From NCBI RefSeq assembly GCF_009914755.1, contig NC_060934.1: a stretch of DNA of 64,000 bases. The stretch is one strand, 5' to 3'. Origin of the DNA: the human T2T-CHM13v2.0 reference genome, Homo sapiens. Of this stretch, positions 39,290-53,414 are shown piece after piece. The notes under the pieces were generated by a model. It worked only from the letters and a program-made list of their open reading frames with translations, made no database searches and was not told the DNA's origin. Made by a program: the position numbers and the translations under genes. Each line of letters begins with the position of its first letter. Positions within the stretch are counted from its first letter, which is position 1.

Positions 39290-39495
39290 GTATTCAGGAG
39301 GTGAGAATCTGAAGTCAAGGTGTCAGCAGCGTGGGTTGGCATCTCCTGGAGGCTCTGAGAGACACCCTTGTGTCTGTCTTAGCTCTTCATGGTCCTGAGG
39401 ATCCTGGGGATTTGGAGTTTGTAGGGGCTTTGATCTTTGCCTCCATTTTCTTGGTACCTTCTTCTCCTGGTGCTTCTCCTCAGTGCCTCTGTGAC
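39290..39495 (-). mobile_element. MLT1 (A-D-like) LTR internal fragment
   Basis: ggaggtgagaatctgaagtcaaggtgtcagcag...ctggaggctctgag. Confidence 0.7.
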
Positions 39496-40034
39496 CATCT
39501 ACAAATTTTAATGGTTTGTGCTTTCATTTTCATTTGGTTCAAATTATTTTCTAATTTTCACATATATTGGATATTTATCTGATTCTAGTGTATTTCTGTT
39601 ATGATAGTTGAAGATTTTCAATGTTTATAATATTCAATATTCATCCTACCTTTTATTTTGTATTTTCTGCTCATCCCTTTTTTCTCTGCTTAATTTTTTT
39701 CTCTTGCCTTTGGTTAGAGTTATTGTTTTTTTTTTTTTTCCTCATTCTATTTTTCACTATTCTTTGGAAGATAAAATTTATTTAAAAAATTCTTTTGGTC
39801 TTGGCCATTGGCATTATAATACATACTTAATAAAATCTAAATTAAACAGAATATCTACTCTCAACAATATAAAGACTTTACGCTGCTAGTATTGTCTAGA
39901 CTTAAAATCTATGGAGATTTTTAAACATTATTATCGATAACATTGATTTATACAGTCAATATTTGTATATTCTTACCTACATTTTAATAATTTAATCACA
40001 GTTTTTCTGGCATCCAAGAGTTTCCTAGGCCCAC

Positions 40035-40337
40035 TTTTCTTTTCTTTTCTTTTGAAATGGAGTCTTGCTCTGTCTCCCAGGCTGGAGGGTAGTGGCAGTG
40101 ATCTCGGCTCACTGCAAGCTCCGCCTCCCGGGTTCACCATTCTCCCGCCTCAGCCTCTCTAGTAGCTGGGACTACAGGCGCCTGCCACCACACCCGGCTA
40201 ATTTGTTTGTATTTTTTTTAGTAGAGATGGCGTTTCACCATGTCAGCCAGGATGGTCTCGATCTCTTGACCTCGTGATCCGCCTGCCTCAGCCTCCCAAA
40301 GTGCTAGGATTACAGGCGTGAGCCACCACGCCTGGCC
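40035..40337 (-). mobile_element. AluY/Sc-like, full length
   Basis: gcaagctccgcctcccgggttcaccattctc; gatggtctcgatctcttgacctcgtg. Confidence 0.95.
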
Positions 40338-40606
40338 CTTCTGGACTCATTTTTCTTTTTTGTGTCTATCCCTTCCACGTTATTTTAGTGAGGATCTGTA
40401 GGTGGCTGGAGTTTTCCAAGGGTTCCTAGTGATTTGCATCCTTTTCCTTACCCATGTTCTGAGAGACGAAAAATAAATCCTGGGTAAATGTAATGGGTAC
40501 AATATTTCCTTTACTGCGAGGCTGTGTGATGGTTGGCAGATGTGCTGTCCTTGGATGAGCTGAAAAAAAAATATGCTTTCTGTGAGCAGCTCTCTCCCAA
40601 GTATAA

Positions 40607-40972
<366 letters not shown>

Positions 40973-41392
40973 TAAGAGACAAAGGAAAGCCTAGAATTAT
41001 ACTAATTTAGCTTCCTTTAGAGGAACCTACCATGAATGATATATTGCAAGTGAGAAAGTAGTGTTCTCCTTCATAATACACCTTCTCTGTTTTTGTTTAC
41101 CTAAAATTACTTTTAGTTTTGGAATTATTGTTTTTTGAGAATGCAATTCTAGACAGAAAGTTATTTTCTCTTAGTATGTGGAAGATATTTGACCACTATC
41201 TTTTGTCTTTCATTACTGTTGTTGAGATGTTGAGAAATAGGTTGTCAGCTTAATTTCAGTTCATTTGTAGGTCAACTGTGTTTTCCTTCTGGCTACTTTT
41301 AAGATTTCCGTTTTGTCTTTCATGGCTTGCACTTAGACTAACATATTGTGGATGGACTTCCTTTGATTTATCCTGCTTTCAATACTTTGGCC

Positions 41393-41497
41393 TTTTTATT
41401 TTTTAAGAGATAGAGTCTTGCTATGTTGCCCAGTTTGGACGTGAACTCCTGGCTTTAGGCGATCCTTCCACCTCAGCTTCCCAAATGGCTGGGATTA
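41393..41497 (-). mobile_element. FLAM-like monomer, 5'-truncated
   Basis: gagatagagtcttgctatgttgcccag...gctgggatta; flanks atactttggccttttt / acactttgaacttttt. Confidence 0.8.
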
Positions 41498-41934
41498 ACA
41501 CTTTGAACTTTTTAATGGAGAAAACATGCCTTTCTTAAATCTAGATGTTTCAGCAATTACCAATTCAAATGTTGCTTTTTCCTCATTTCTCATAATAAAT
41601 CTTTCTCTTTACCTTTCCTTCATGTTTTCTATCCATCTTTGCTTTTATGTTATATTTGATGCAATTTTTCCAGTTAATTTCTTGCTTTTGAAACCTCTCT
41701 TCAATTTTATCTAAGCAGCTAATTAATTCCTTCATTGGGTTTTACATTTCTCTATAGAGCATGTATATATAATATATATTCTACATATTGCATATAATGT
41801 AATTATATATGCATACATAATACATGTTTATATATTGCATATGCATCAGTTATATACATATAACTCTAGAATTTGTTTTGGTTTAATGTCTTTGATAATT
41901 TTGATATTTTGATTGTCTTTTCCTCACGAATCTC

Positions 41935-42258
41935 AATTTAGAGGTCTCAGTGAGAAGAGCTCATCTTTACTCCCCTGGACAGTGGCTTCCTGTGGGTTTT
42001 CCTCCATATGTGCATCTCCACTGGGCAGCATGGCTTCTTCACAGCATTGTGGCTGAGCTCTAAGAAAAAGTGTACCAAGAAACAGTAAGTGGAAGCTTCC
42101 AGGCTCGTAATGCCTGGGCCTAGAAACTGGCACAGCACCACCTCCACTGGTATTGTGTTGGTCAGGTAATGAGAACTCAGATTCTAGGAGAGACTTTGGC
42201 ACCATCTCTCAATGGGAAAAATGTTTTAAAAGTTTGGGGACAGGTTTCAAACCTCACA
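41935..42258 (-). mobile_element. MLT1 (E/F-like) LTR fragment
   Basis: cttcttcacagcattgtggctg...gcctagaaactggcacagcaccacctccac...ctcagattctagg...aaacctcaca. Confidence 0.7.
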
Positions 42259-43799
42259 GATGCACTGATATGATTCTGTTCGTTCTAGACTTTTAAACTT
42301 AGACAAATATAGAATAAAAGAAGTTTGTTTAGAAGCTTAAAATGGACAATTAGAATTGCTAAAAACAGCACTAGCAGCTGGACATGTTGGTCCTTGGAGA
42401 CTCACTTTGGGCCAGATTTACAAAGATTGAGGTGTATAGCTAGCTCTACATGGCTTCATCTTTTGCAGTGTCTTTATGTGACACAGTCTGCTGTTCTTGA
42501 AACATAAGGGTCAATATATTTATGATAAAAACATTTTACTTTCCTTTGATCAAGAACATTTCAGCACCTTAGGACTTCAGTGAATATTTGCTGATTAGTT
42601 GGAGAAACCTCAACACAGACGCACAGCCCGATCTTTCCAGAAGGTGGTCAATTGCTGAATGAGCGGAAGATAGTAAGAAATACAATTTGACAGTCACGCT
42701 CATTTTTTTTTTCATGAAATACCATTACAATTTTCTATAAATTTGCCGCTGGAACTATTTGATATTTAAGAATACTATAAACAATTTTAGTGGTACAATT
42801 TCTCACAGGCAGCCATTTTAAGGTGTTAAGAATGAATGATTTTGTATCCAGTTGAAATCTTAAAATTTCTTTCTAGTCTGCCTTCTTTCACATTGAGCCA
42901 TTTGAGTTGAGTGTTCAAGTGCTAAATTTCTTCTTGGGCTTCATGCTTTCACTGGATTTGAAGATGGCTTTGCAGTTGTCCTGCTGACAGGGGCTTCAGA
43001 GACAGAGACAATTATAGAAAGAAAGGCGTCTGTTTCAGGGCTCTGTGCAATTCAAAGCTGAGTCTCCCTTAAAAAGCCCACTAGAAATGACTCATAAATA
43101 GTTTCCAACAGGGCTCCTGTCAAATGATGGCAAAAATCTTTTAAGTCCCAAATATGTGCAAATGAATCTCAATTTGGCTTTGCATGATGCTTTTCCTTCT
43201 ATTTGATTCATTTTCAAAGTCAGCATAGTGTCATCATTGTTTCTTTCAGAAGGAGCAAATACATCCAAACTTGGACATATAGAATTACTGTGCTTCTGGT
43301 GGATGAATTAATCCCCAAAAGTCTGAAAACTTAAAAGCCTTACTTTTGGCATCTTTTCAGCTAGACTCAGAGGCATCAGTCTAAGTGGATCTTAATTTAA
43401 ATGCATGGATATAAATCTAATCGAGAAGACTATTTGTGCATATTATAAATTATCAGTGAACAGTGCATGAAAACCAGTCTGAATTGTCCATTGAAAACCG
43501 ACATTCAGGTATTCAGAATGAAGCAGTATGACTAGTTATGCAGTGTCTAAGTGTTCTTTTTCCATGGGAAAAGAAGCACATATTTTCCATATGCTAACCT
43601 AACCAGGTAGAAAATCATTTTGCAGACACACTGACAGATGACTGTTTCTCTATGCACAATGACCCCACTGTTCCAGTATTGTTCTGTTTGAAGTTGTATT
43701 TAGCCTCTTTCACTCCAGTCTCCTTATATAATTCTTTGCTAATCTAATATCTAAAACTGATCATGCTGTAGATAAAATTTGCCTTTCCCTTTTCTCAAT

Positions 43800-44400
43800 C
43801 TCGTACTTAAGTTAACACACTCAGAGACTGTCCTTGACTCCTCTTTCTTTCTTTCTTTTCACCTATGCATCCTAAATGCCTTTCATTTTGCCTCTGGAGT
43901 TTTTAAAAGTCTGTCTTCCAGTCTCAATTTCTTCTGCCGCTGCCCTAGTTCAGGCAGTTCCCATCTTTAGCTTGGACCAATGCAATAGGCTCCATGTATG
44001 TTTTTTGGCTTCTAGATTCTCCTTAGCTTCTCAATATATCCTTGCCACGGGGGTCAGGATACCACCTTTAACAAATTTAAATCTGATTACATCACACATT
44101 TATTTATAAAGGCATTGGGATCTTCTATTGCATAAGTCAGAATAAAATCCAAGCTGCATAGGCTAGCTCCAATCTTTCCAGCTCCAGTTCCTGCCACTTC
44201 TATTTATACATCATCCCAAGCAAATTATTTAATTTCCCACACATTCATGATTTGGCTCATATTCATTCTTCTACTTGGCATATTCCAACTCTTTCCTGTT
44301 TGACACTGTCCTACTCATTTTTCAATATCACCTCTTTCAAAGTCTTTTAGGCAAAACAAAGCCATTGCACTTTTAGCTTTTTTTTTCTTTTGATATTCTC
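43800..44400 (+). mobile_element. L2 fragment
   Basis: tccttgactcctctttc...gccctagttcaggc...ttggaccaatgcaatagg...agaataaaatccaag. Confidence 0.7.
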
Positions 44401-44658
44401 AGTATTATATTTTCACATGCAGTGAATAATATTATCTAACACCACTGAGCACTTCCTATTTAACTACCCCATCGATCTTATTCTGCAGATGAAAAAAAAA
44501 ACTGAGGCTCAAGGAGTTTATCTAAGGCCGCATTGGTGTAAGTGTCAAGTCTCACTTCAGAATCTACAGCTATTTTCTGACATTAGCTTTGAAATTCCTT
44601 TGCTATACCCTATTTTCTGCTCATGTTTTATCCTGTTGCCTAGCATGTATGAGATAAC

Positions 44659-45065
44659 TGTCTTAGACCAGGCTCGTGGGTAAAAAAAAAATCTAAGATA
44701 GAAACTTATATGCAGGAGCTATATTGGGGGATGCTCTCATGATCAATACATGTAAAAGACTTAAGGAGGCAGGACTGGGCAAAGAGAAGAACTGAACTAT
44801 GAGGCATTTGCAGCAAAAGTCTCAGCTTCTCCCATGCGGAAGCTCAAGAGCTCAGATGGCTCTGAAGAGATATTTCATCTTGAGGCAAGGAAGCTGGGCA
44901 ATCACCCACCTGCTTTGACTGTCACTGGAGGTGGCTGTCACCAGAGAGAGGGTGTAAACTTGAACACAGTATCTCCTTTCAAGGATTGGCCATCAATGGC
45001 CAACATTCCTGGTCCCACAATGAATAGCTCAGTCAGAAAGGGGTTCCCAGGGCTCATCACAGCCT
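44659..45065 (-). mobile_element. LTR16-like (ERVL) LTR
   Basis: tgtcttagacc...gcaggactgggcaaagagaagaactgaactatgaggcatttgcagcaaa...gagctcagatggctc; a second copy of the LTR end lies at 45660-45785. Confidence 0.7.
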
Positions 45066-45099
45066 TTATGTTATCCTTCTGTCTGTGTCTTCTTCTTAA

Positions 45100-45655
45100 T
45101 ACTCTGTGATGGATTGATCAAGGTCCATTTTATTTTCCACTACTGGTCTGAAAGTTACACATTCAGTATTTTTTAGTGGTTATCCTTATGGTTTTAATGT
45201 ACATAGGTCTGAAGTTACCCATGTCCTCTTTCCACCTCCCAATTGACTCAGGGATCTCAGAGTACTTTGTCTCATCACCTTCCATCATTTTGTGTGATGC
45301 TGCTGCTCAGCACATCTGCTGCATTTCCCTATGCTGTAATGGGTTGTTAACGATTACTGCGTTGTATGGATTTTCTAACATGTTTGTTACCATTCATTCT
45401 TTCTTGCATCTCACTCGTTTTTCTGGGTTCAATTTCCTTTTCCTTGAAATGTCTTCTTTCGTAGTTTTTTTTCAGTGAGTATCTATTAATTGAAACTTCT
45501 CTTACTCTTTGCTTATATGAAATTCTTCAGCTTTTCCCATCTTTGAATGATCATGTAGCAGGTTGTAGGATTCTAGGTTGACGGTTATTTGCTTTCAGCA
45601 CTTTGAGCATATGGTTCCATTTCTCCTGGCTTCTACTGTGCCTTTGAGCAGTTTT
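45100..45655 (-). mobile_element. HAL1-like fragment
   Basis: ttgaatgatcatgtagcaggttgtaggattctaggttgacggttatttgctttcagcactttga. Confidence 0.6.
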
Positions 45656-46459
45656 CAGTTAAGCCCAATTCCTGAAGAGGTGCTCAGCTCAGAGCCTCAG
45701 CCTCAACATGCTAAGTAGCTGGGAAAATGAATACCTCAATTCTGGAGGGGGGACATCTTTATGGTATACCGCATCATCCACTACAGAAAGTAATTGAGTT
45801 TTAAAAGGAGGAAAGTAGGGTAGAGGGAAGAGAAGGAGAAAAAAACTCCAGCTAATTGTTTCATTTTCAAGTTAGAGCCTGGGTGATTCCGAAAAGGCTC
45901 TTCCAGGATTCTTTATCTCAGCAGGCAAATATACTAATTTTTAATACTCTTTTCGTTTTTTGAAAAGTGCAATATCAGTTTATCCCTTGTCTCTAGTTCC
46001 TCAGCCAGACCTCATAGTAGCATAGGGATTAGTTATTTACACTCTGATTTAGCAGAGGATAAATTTTATTTTCATATGAACTCAAGAGAGAAAGCCTATT
46101 GATAACACTTGTAACCCTATTAAACTGAGACAGGTTTAGACATTAAGGAGAAGAGCAGATGTGTTACTAATTAGGGAAGCCTGGTTAACCTCAGCAAACA
46201 GCTAATTTAATTATTCAATTCAGTCTAGAAGATTTCCTTGGAAGATACTTCAATACTGGCATCTCATTATTTCCTTGAAGCAGAGTGGGAAGAAGCGCTT
46301 CCTCTAATAGACAGCACAGTGGATGCCCAACCCAGCAATGTGACCGAAGTTCATCACCTTTGCTCTTATTCCGGTTGGGCACTGTCTACATATTCCATGA
46401 TTATAACAATGAATATTTATAATATTTATTGACTGCTACAGTTTATGGAGTCCATCTCA

Positions 46460-46790
46460 TAATTTATACCCTACTGCATCCAGAAAGGATTTTAGATAAC
46501 TTACATAAACATGAAAGGATTTTTCTAAAAAATAGAAATGAACTTGAATGAATGAAAATGAAGGTCAATTAATGTGAAAATTAATACACACAAATATCTA
46601 CCCCACGGCTCTACCCAGTGCATAAAGGTGGATCACACCATTGCTCTGGGCTTCCTGATGGCTGAGGATCAGAGAAAATCTCTCAGGTATAAAACTTTTA
46701 TGCTTTACATGTAGCTATTTTCCTAGTAGAGAGGTTTGGAAGGAACATATTGCAAGGATCTTCATGTCCCAACAAACATTCCCTCCAAAA
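46460..46790 (-). mobile_element. L4 (RTE-X) relic
   Basis: ttataccctactgcatccagaaaggatttt...aggtggatcacaccattgctctgggcttcctgatggc. Confidence 0.55.
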
Positions 46791-46917
46791 AAAAGAAGGT
46801 AACACATTATCTAAGGTGCCATGCTAGAAATATAAATTCCTATCAGATTTTTGTCCAGAAAATAGGCACTTAAAATAAGGTTCAACAGGGGGTACTAGGA
46901 AAGGTTAGGGAAAATAT

Positions 46918-47245
46918 GGCTGGGCATGTTGGCTCATGCCTATAATCTCAGTGCTTTAGGAAGCCAAGTCAGGAGGATCTCCTGAAGCCAGGATTTCAAG
47001 ACCACCTGGACAACATAACGAGGCTTTGTCTGTACCAAAAAATAAAAAATAAAAATAAAAAAATTAGAAATTAGCCAGGCATGGTGGTGCTATGCCTGTA
47101 GCCCTACCTATTTGGGAGGCTGAGGTGAGAGGATTGCTTGAGCCCAGGAGTTTGAGCTATGATCATAGCTGCAGGGACCTATGGTCATCCCACTGCACTC
47201 TAGTCTGGGTGAGGGAGCAAGACTTCATCTAAATAAAATAAAATA
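46918..47245 (+). mobile_element. AluJ
   Basis: ggattgcttgagcccaggagtttgag; TSD aaaggttagggaaaatat / aaagtttaagaaaaatat. Confidence 0.93.
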
Positions 47246-48954
47246 AAAGTTTAAGAAAAATATAAATGATGACTTTCACATCAAAATGGTAATTGGATAA
47301 TGAAATAATTTTCTGTCTCATGACTTTTCTTTAAAAAATGTACAGAGGTGTTAAAATGCAAAATTTCGTAAGCCCTGTAAACTTTGAGTAAATATCACAT
47401 GGTAGATATGACTAGACTCAGAAAATTGCCAAGGCTAAACAACTCTTTCTGTTCTATATCCCAAGGGAGAACAGGGAGGGAAAATTAAGGGTGTTGGCTT
47501 AGCCACTGTCACTATATTCCACTTCAGAAACGCATTGCTGACAGCAAGAAGACTTGATTGCTACTCACATGTTTTTCTTTGTCCTACATAATTCTCAAAA
47601 CTCTCCATTCCTCTCTAACCACACTCACTGGATAGCCTCAGATCATGTACTGATAATGTCTCACTTATCTTTAGTGGTCTTTGGAAAGATGCCCTTGTAC
47701 TTGTTTTGTTTCATCTTTCACCCAGCTGCAGAGGGACTGTTTCAGAAGTCTCCCAGTCAACCTTCAAATCCAGCATGGCAGCCAAAGCTCTGTATATTCT
47801 GTGTCTGCCTTTCTAGCCCTGTCACTTAAGATTACACTTTCGCAACTCCTGCTGCAGTCTGTTCTCATGAAACTTCTCATTTCTCCAAGTCACTGCGTAT
47901 GTAATTCCCTCTCACTGAATGTGTCCTTCTCCCTGGTCTAATGCTATTTCCTACTTGCTCTTCAAGGTGTGCTAAAATGTTCCTCTCAAGAAGCCTTTAT
48001 GACATCCCCTGTCTAAATGAAGGTTCTTCTCTGCTGTGTTGCAATAACAAGCCACACATACCTCCAGCAGTTACCATTTTCATGGGTTACAACCATGCCA
48101 TTTGCCCATGAGCTTCTAGTGTTTTGAAACTCTTCTCTATTCCTTAAGAGTTTGCTAAATTCGTGAAGAAAAGAATATGAGTGAATTCAGATTAGTAATT
48201 TGGCCCTACTGAATGATTGGTGGGAGAGAGAGTCAAATGGCCTAAACGAGATTAAGTATGGTTCTACATTTGATTATTCTAAGTGTTCATGTCACCTTTA
48301 TTACAAGTAGTTTATTACAAGTAGTAAATGCTTTCTTTAATGGATGTCCTTTTGTTCATTTCATGCAACTACCTTGAGAGTGATAAGACCTAGGTTCTTT
48401 TCTGAAATATGAGATAATAACTTGTTGTATCAACTTAAGCAAGTCAGTAAAACTCTTTGCTTACTCATCCCTAAATGAAAGGGCTATGTTTAAAGTTTCC
48501 TTTGTAGGTCTTTCATTCCCCTCCAGTTCTAACAAACAGTACACAAGTAGCTTTCTGTAATATTTCCATATCAGGTTGTGTCCATGTATAAAAGGGTTTC
48601 AACACACTGCTTTGTAAATGTTCCCCTCGCCTGAGCATGCCTTAAGCATAGGTTAAGATGAAAATTCCAGCCGTACATGGTCCCAAAGGAGCTTTCAGGT
48701 TTTATTATAGCCTTGTGTATTTACAAGGCTTGTCTACCTGCATTCCAGAAAAGCATTCTATAGACCTGCTCCTGAGGAACCCAAGCTGCCTTAACAGTGC
48801 CTCCCTTGTTGCCATGAAGTGCAGTTGGCAGCAGACACATGGCATCATGGTCCACAGCTATAGAGTCTAAATCTCTTCTTAGCATGTGGAAATAGCTTAA
48901 TGCTAAACAATATTTGGTTTTCAGAGGTTGCCATAGAAATACACTGAGATGAGT

Positions 48955-49325
48955 TTTCCTTTCCTTTTCTTTTTTTTCTTTTCTTTCTTTCTTCTTTCTT
49001 TTTCTTTCTTTCTTTCCTTTTTTTTTTTTTTTTTTTTTTTTTTGATGGAGTCTCGCTCTGTCACCCAGGCTGGGGCGCAGTGGCGCAATCTCAGCTCACT
49101 GCAACCTCCGCCCCCCAGGTTCAAGTAATTCTCCTGCCTCAGCCTCCTGAGTAGCTGAGATTACAGGCATGCACCACCACGCCCAGCTAATTTTTGTAAT
49201 TTTTATATTTTGAGTAGAAACAGGGTTTCACTCATGTTGAACTTGGCCAGGTTGGTCTTGAACTCCTGACCTCAGGAGATCCGCCCAGATGCTGGGATTA
49301 CAGATGTGAGCCACTGTGCCTGGCC
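48955..49325 (-). mobile_element. AluS with a compound (CTTT)n/poly(T) tail and a small left-arm deletion
   Basis: gatccgccca|gatgctgggattacag; flanks agatgagtttt / agatgaggttgttt. Confidence 0.93.
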
Positions 49326-52300
49326 AGATGAGGTTGTTTAGATCATGACTTCTGACAGATGATCCAAGCCACACTAAATAATTAAAAATTGATTTTTTAA
49401 ATCAGTGGAAATATCTTAAAGTAGAAAGGTGATAATTCATGTATAGCAAAAGTTAATGCAGATGGGATGAGTCATACTTTAACACACTTCTGACTTCTGT
49501 TCTGGCCTATATCATGGTGGCCTCTGCTCTCCCCTCTCTCTCCTCCAGCCTCCTTTCCCTTCCCTACTGTTCTCCTTTTAGTCCCCGCCAATCCACCCTC
49601 CTCTCTCCTTGCTCTCCTGTCCTTTCCTCTTTGGTGTGGATTTGGTGAGGACGCTCTTATTTTGTATTAAGTAGACCATTAGAAGGTGAGATGGGATGTT
49701 ATTTTCTCATTAGTCATGCTGAATTGGCATCATGCCACTTTGTGTTTTTACCTAAAGAAACAATATCAGTAAGACGATTTTTAAAATTCCTGTGTGAAAT
49801 ATATTCTCCAGTCTAAACTCGAAACTGTTTTAAGAGAAATCTTTAAAATACAGATTTATTATATTTTTAGCACTCAAATGAATCTAGAAAACAAAACAAT
49901 AAAATATATGTGCAGGTAATACAAATGCTAGCTGTGCAGATTAAATACATGGAATAGCAATATAGATTTGATAATTTTTCACAGTTTGTGCATTTTCTAA
50001 GTTGAAATAAACATTTTTGGAAAAAAAAGTCTGTCGAAGTATTGAATGGATTCTGTGAATTGACATACATGTAAGGTAAAGGAAATGGGCGGTTGTTGAA
50101 CATCTGCTACTTGCCAAAGACAGCTACAAGTTCAAATCTAATATTTACAATACATGTATAGCAGGTATTTATCAGGCACATAGTATAACAGAGGCACCCA
50201 ATGAAAAGTATGTCTTCTTATCTAATTTCCTAATCATTTTCAGTAACTATTACCACAGTTAACAATTTCACAAGCATCCTCAGAGACAGTGAAAATATTT
50301 TAGCATAAACCCATATATGTAATGTCCTTTTTGTATTCTTAAATAAAATCACACTAATCTTAAATAAAATTACCCCATATTGCACCTTAATTTTTAACTA
50401 TTAAATAGTAATTCATAAAAATTTTTAAATATCATCATATACAACCCTATCTTATTTTTAAATATAAACACAGTACTTTATTTTATGAAAATAATATATT
50501 TTATTAAACAATTTCCATTCTTATGTACATTTGTTTGTTTCATATTTTTCCTACTGTAAATTATAATAAATATTATTGTTTATATTTCTTGATTTACTTC
50601 TATAAATATGTAGAATCAAATGCTAAAAGTGTAACTGATGGGTTAAAAAAAACTACATTTAAAATTGTGGTAGAACACCAGCAAGATGGCAGAATACAAA
50701 GCCTCTTCCTTCCCTCCATGACCACGGTGATTCAACAATTCACAGACAAATTCATTTTGTGAGAAATTCAGCAACTAGCTGAGGATTTCTGAATCAGGTG
50801 ATCACACTACCCACACTGAGAGCAGTACGGAAATTTGATATACCCTTTTGCCATAATCCTTACCTCTGTCAGAGCTCCATAGACTTGGGAGGTAAAGTCC
50901 TAGCTCCAAGCTTCTCCCTAGGGAGAGAAAGAGGTTGACCACATGTCCAATTCCCCAACTCTTTCAGAGGCTTCCCAAATAACTGGCTTCTGTCTAGTCC
51001 ATCCCACAGTACTTATGTGACCCAGCATAATTTAGTCTGACTGAAGTCAGGGAGAACAGAAATGGCAGTGTGGGCTTGCAGTCACCATAACCCTATATCC
51101 CCTCAGCACAGAGACAGCAAACAAAGAATCCTACCTTCAAGCTTCTTCTGGAGGGGAAAACAAGTGGATCTCATGTCCAATGACCCCAATTTTCTTGGGA
51201 CTACCCAGAGGACTGACTTCTGTCTCGCCTGTCTTGGGTGCTGATGGCAACCCCAGCTGGGGGTCAAGTGAGGACACAGATGATGGTTCGAACTAGCATT
51301 TATCTACTTCTCATAGCCCCTTCTCTGGATCAGCAAAGAGGAAAACAAAAAACAAAACAAAACAAAAACCCAGATCTTAGATCCTCCCAGGGAAGAGAAA
51401 CAGTTTGACAGAGTGTCCAATGATCCAACTTTTCTGGAGCCTGTCCGTGGAAGTGACTTCAGTACCACTTCTCTTGAAGTGCTGACAGGACTTAGTGCAC
51501 TCTAGATGCCTGGGGGCTGCTAAGAACAAAGAAAGGGGATTGAATGTGCACGAAGGTTAAAAAGGCTCCTAGAATCCCTAGCAAGGCTGATTCGTGAGGG
51601 TCTTCTCCTGTATGAGGCCAATATGAAAGAGGTGGCTGTTTTGTCTAATGTGTAAGACTCCAACATAGAGTCAGGGAAAATGAAGAAACAAGAAATATGT
51701 TCCAAACAAAAGAACAAAATACAGCTCCAGAAGCTGACCCAGAGGAAACTGAGTTATATGATATACCTGATGGAGAATGTAAAATAACTGCCATAAAGTA
51801 TGTTCACCAAGGTTAACAAAAGAATGCATGAACAAAATGAGAATTTCAATAAAGATATAGAAAATATTAAAGGGTACCAAACAGAGATCCTGGAGCTTAA
51901 CGGTACATTAACTGCACTAAAACATTTACTAGGGAGCTTCAACAGCAGACTAGATCAAGCAGAAGAAAGAATCAGTGAAGTCAAAGACTGGCCACGTAAA
52001 ATTATTCAGTCAAAGGAGCGAAAGAGAAAACGATAATAAAAAAAAAGGCATGAAGAAAGCTGAAGGAACTTATTTGATACCATCAAGCAGACCTATATTC
52101 ACATCAAGAGATTTTCCAGGGGGAGGAGAGAGGAGAGAGAGAGGGGGGAGAAGGAGAACCAGAAAGCATATATGAAAAACCCCCAGACAGCTGAAAACTT
52201 CCCAAATCTGTGAAACAAAATGAACACTCAAATCCAGGAAACTCAAATAGTCTCAAATAAGATGTATCCAAAGAAATACACATCAACAGACATTATATTA

Positions 52301-53414
52301 AAATTGTCAAAGTCAAAGACAGAGAATTTTGAAAGCAGCAAGATAAAGGCAGCTTGTCACATGTAAGAAAACTCCCATGACTATTAACAGATTTTTTTTT
52401 TTCCTGGGGGCCAAAAGAAAGTGCGGTGATATATTCAAAATGCTGGAAAAAAACCTTTCCAATCAAGAATACTAACCTCTGCAAAAACATTCTTCAAAAA
52501 TAAAGGAGAGATAAAAACATTGCCAAACAAAACTCAGGGATTTGGTCACGACTGGACCTGCCTTACAAAAAATGCTAATGGTACTTCTTCCAGTTGAAAC
52601 AAAAGGATGCCAAACAACAATGGGATACTATAAGAAAGTATAAAACTCATTGGTAAAGGTTAATACATAGAGAAATGTAGACTACTATATTATTGTAATG
52701 GTGGTAGATAAGTCATTTTTAATTTGAGTATAAATTCAAAAGAAAAAAGTGACTAAAAATAACTAACTAAAAATGTGTCAATGGATGGACAAAATAAATA
52801 GCTGTAAATTGTGACATCAGTAATATGAAGTCTATGGGGAGGCAGTAGTAAGGTGTAGAGTTTTTATATGTGATTGAGCTGTTATCATCTTAAAATAGAT
52901 TATTATATCAATAAGACATTTTATTTTAGCCCCAAAGTAACAACAAAAATATCTATAGAGGTTATAAACACACACACGAAGAGAAAAGAATCAAAGCATG
53001 TTAATACAGAAACCCAACAAAATGCAAAGAAAGAAAACAAGAGAGACAAAAAGGACACAAAAATCTGTAAGACAAACAGAACACAGGTAACAAAATGGCA
53101 AGTAGCTAATTCTTCCCTATCAACAATTACTTGAAGTGTAAGTGGATTAAATTTCCCAGTGATGAGACTGAATGGAATAAAAAAGACCCCACTCTATGCT
53201 GTCTATAAGAAACTCATTTAGATTTATGACACACACAGGCCAAAAGTGAAGGGATGAAAAAAAAATTCCATGCAAATGTCAACCAAAAGAGAGCAGGATG
53301 GCAATATTTATATCATACAAAATAGACATTTAGTTAAAAACTGGCAAAGATAGAAGGACATTATTTAATAAAAAGTCTCATTTACTCTGAAGACATAATA
53401 ATTACAAATATATA

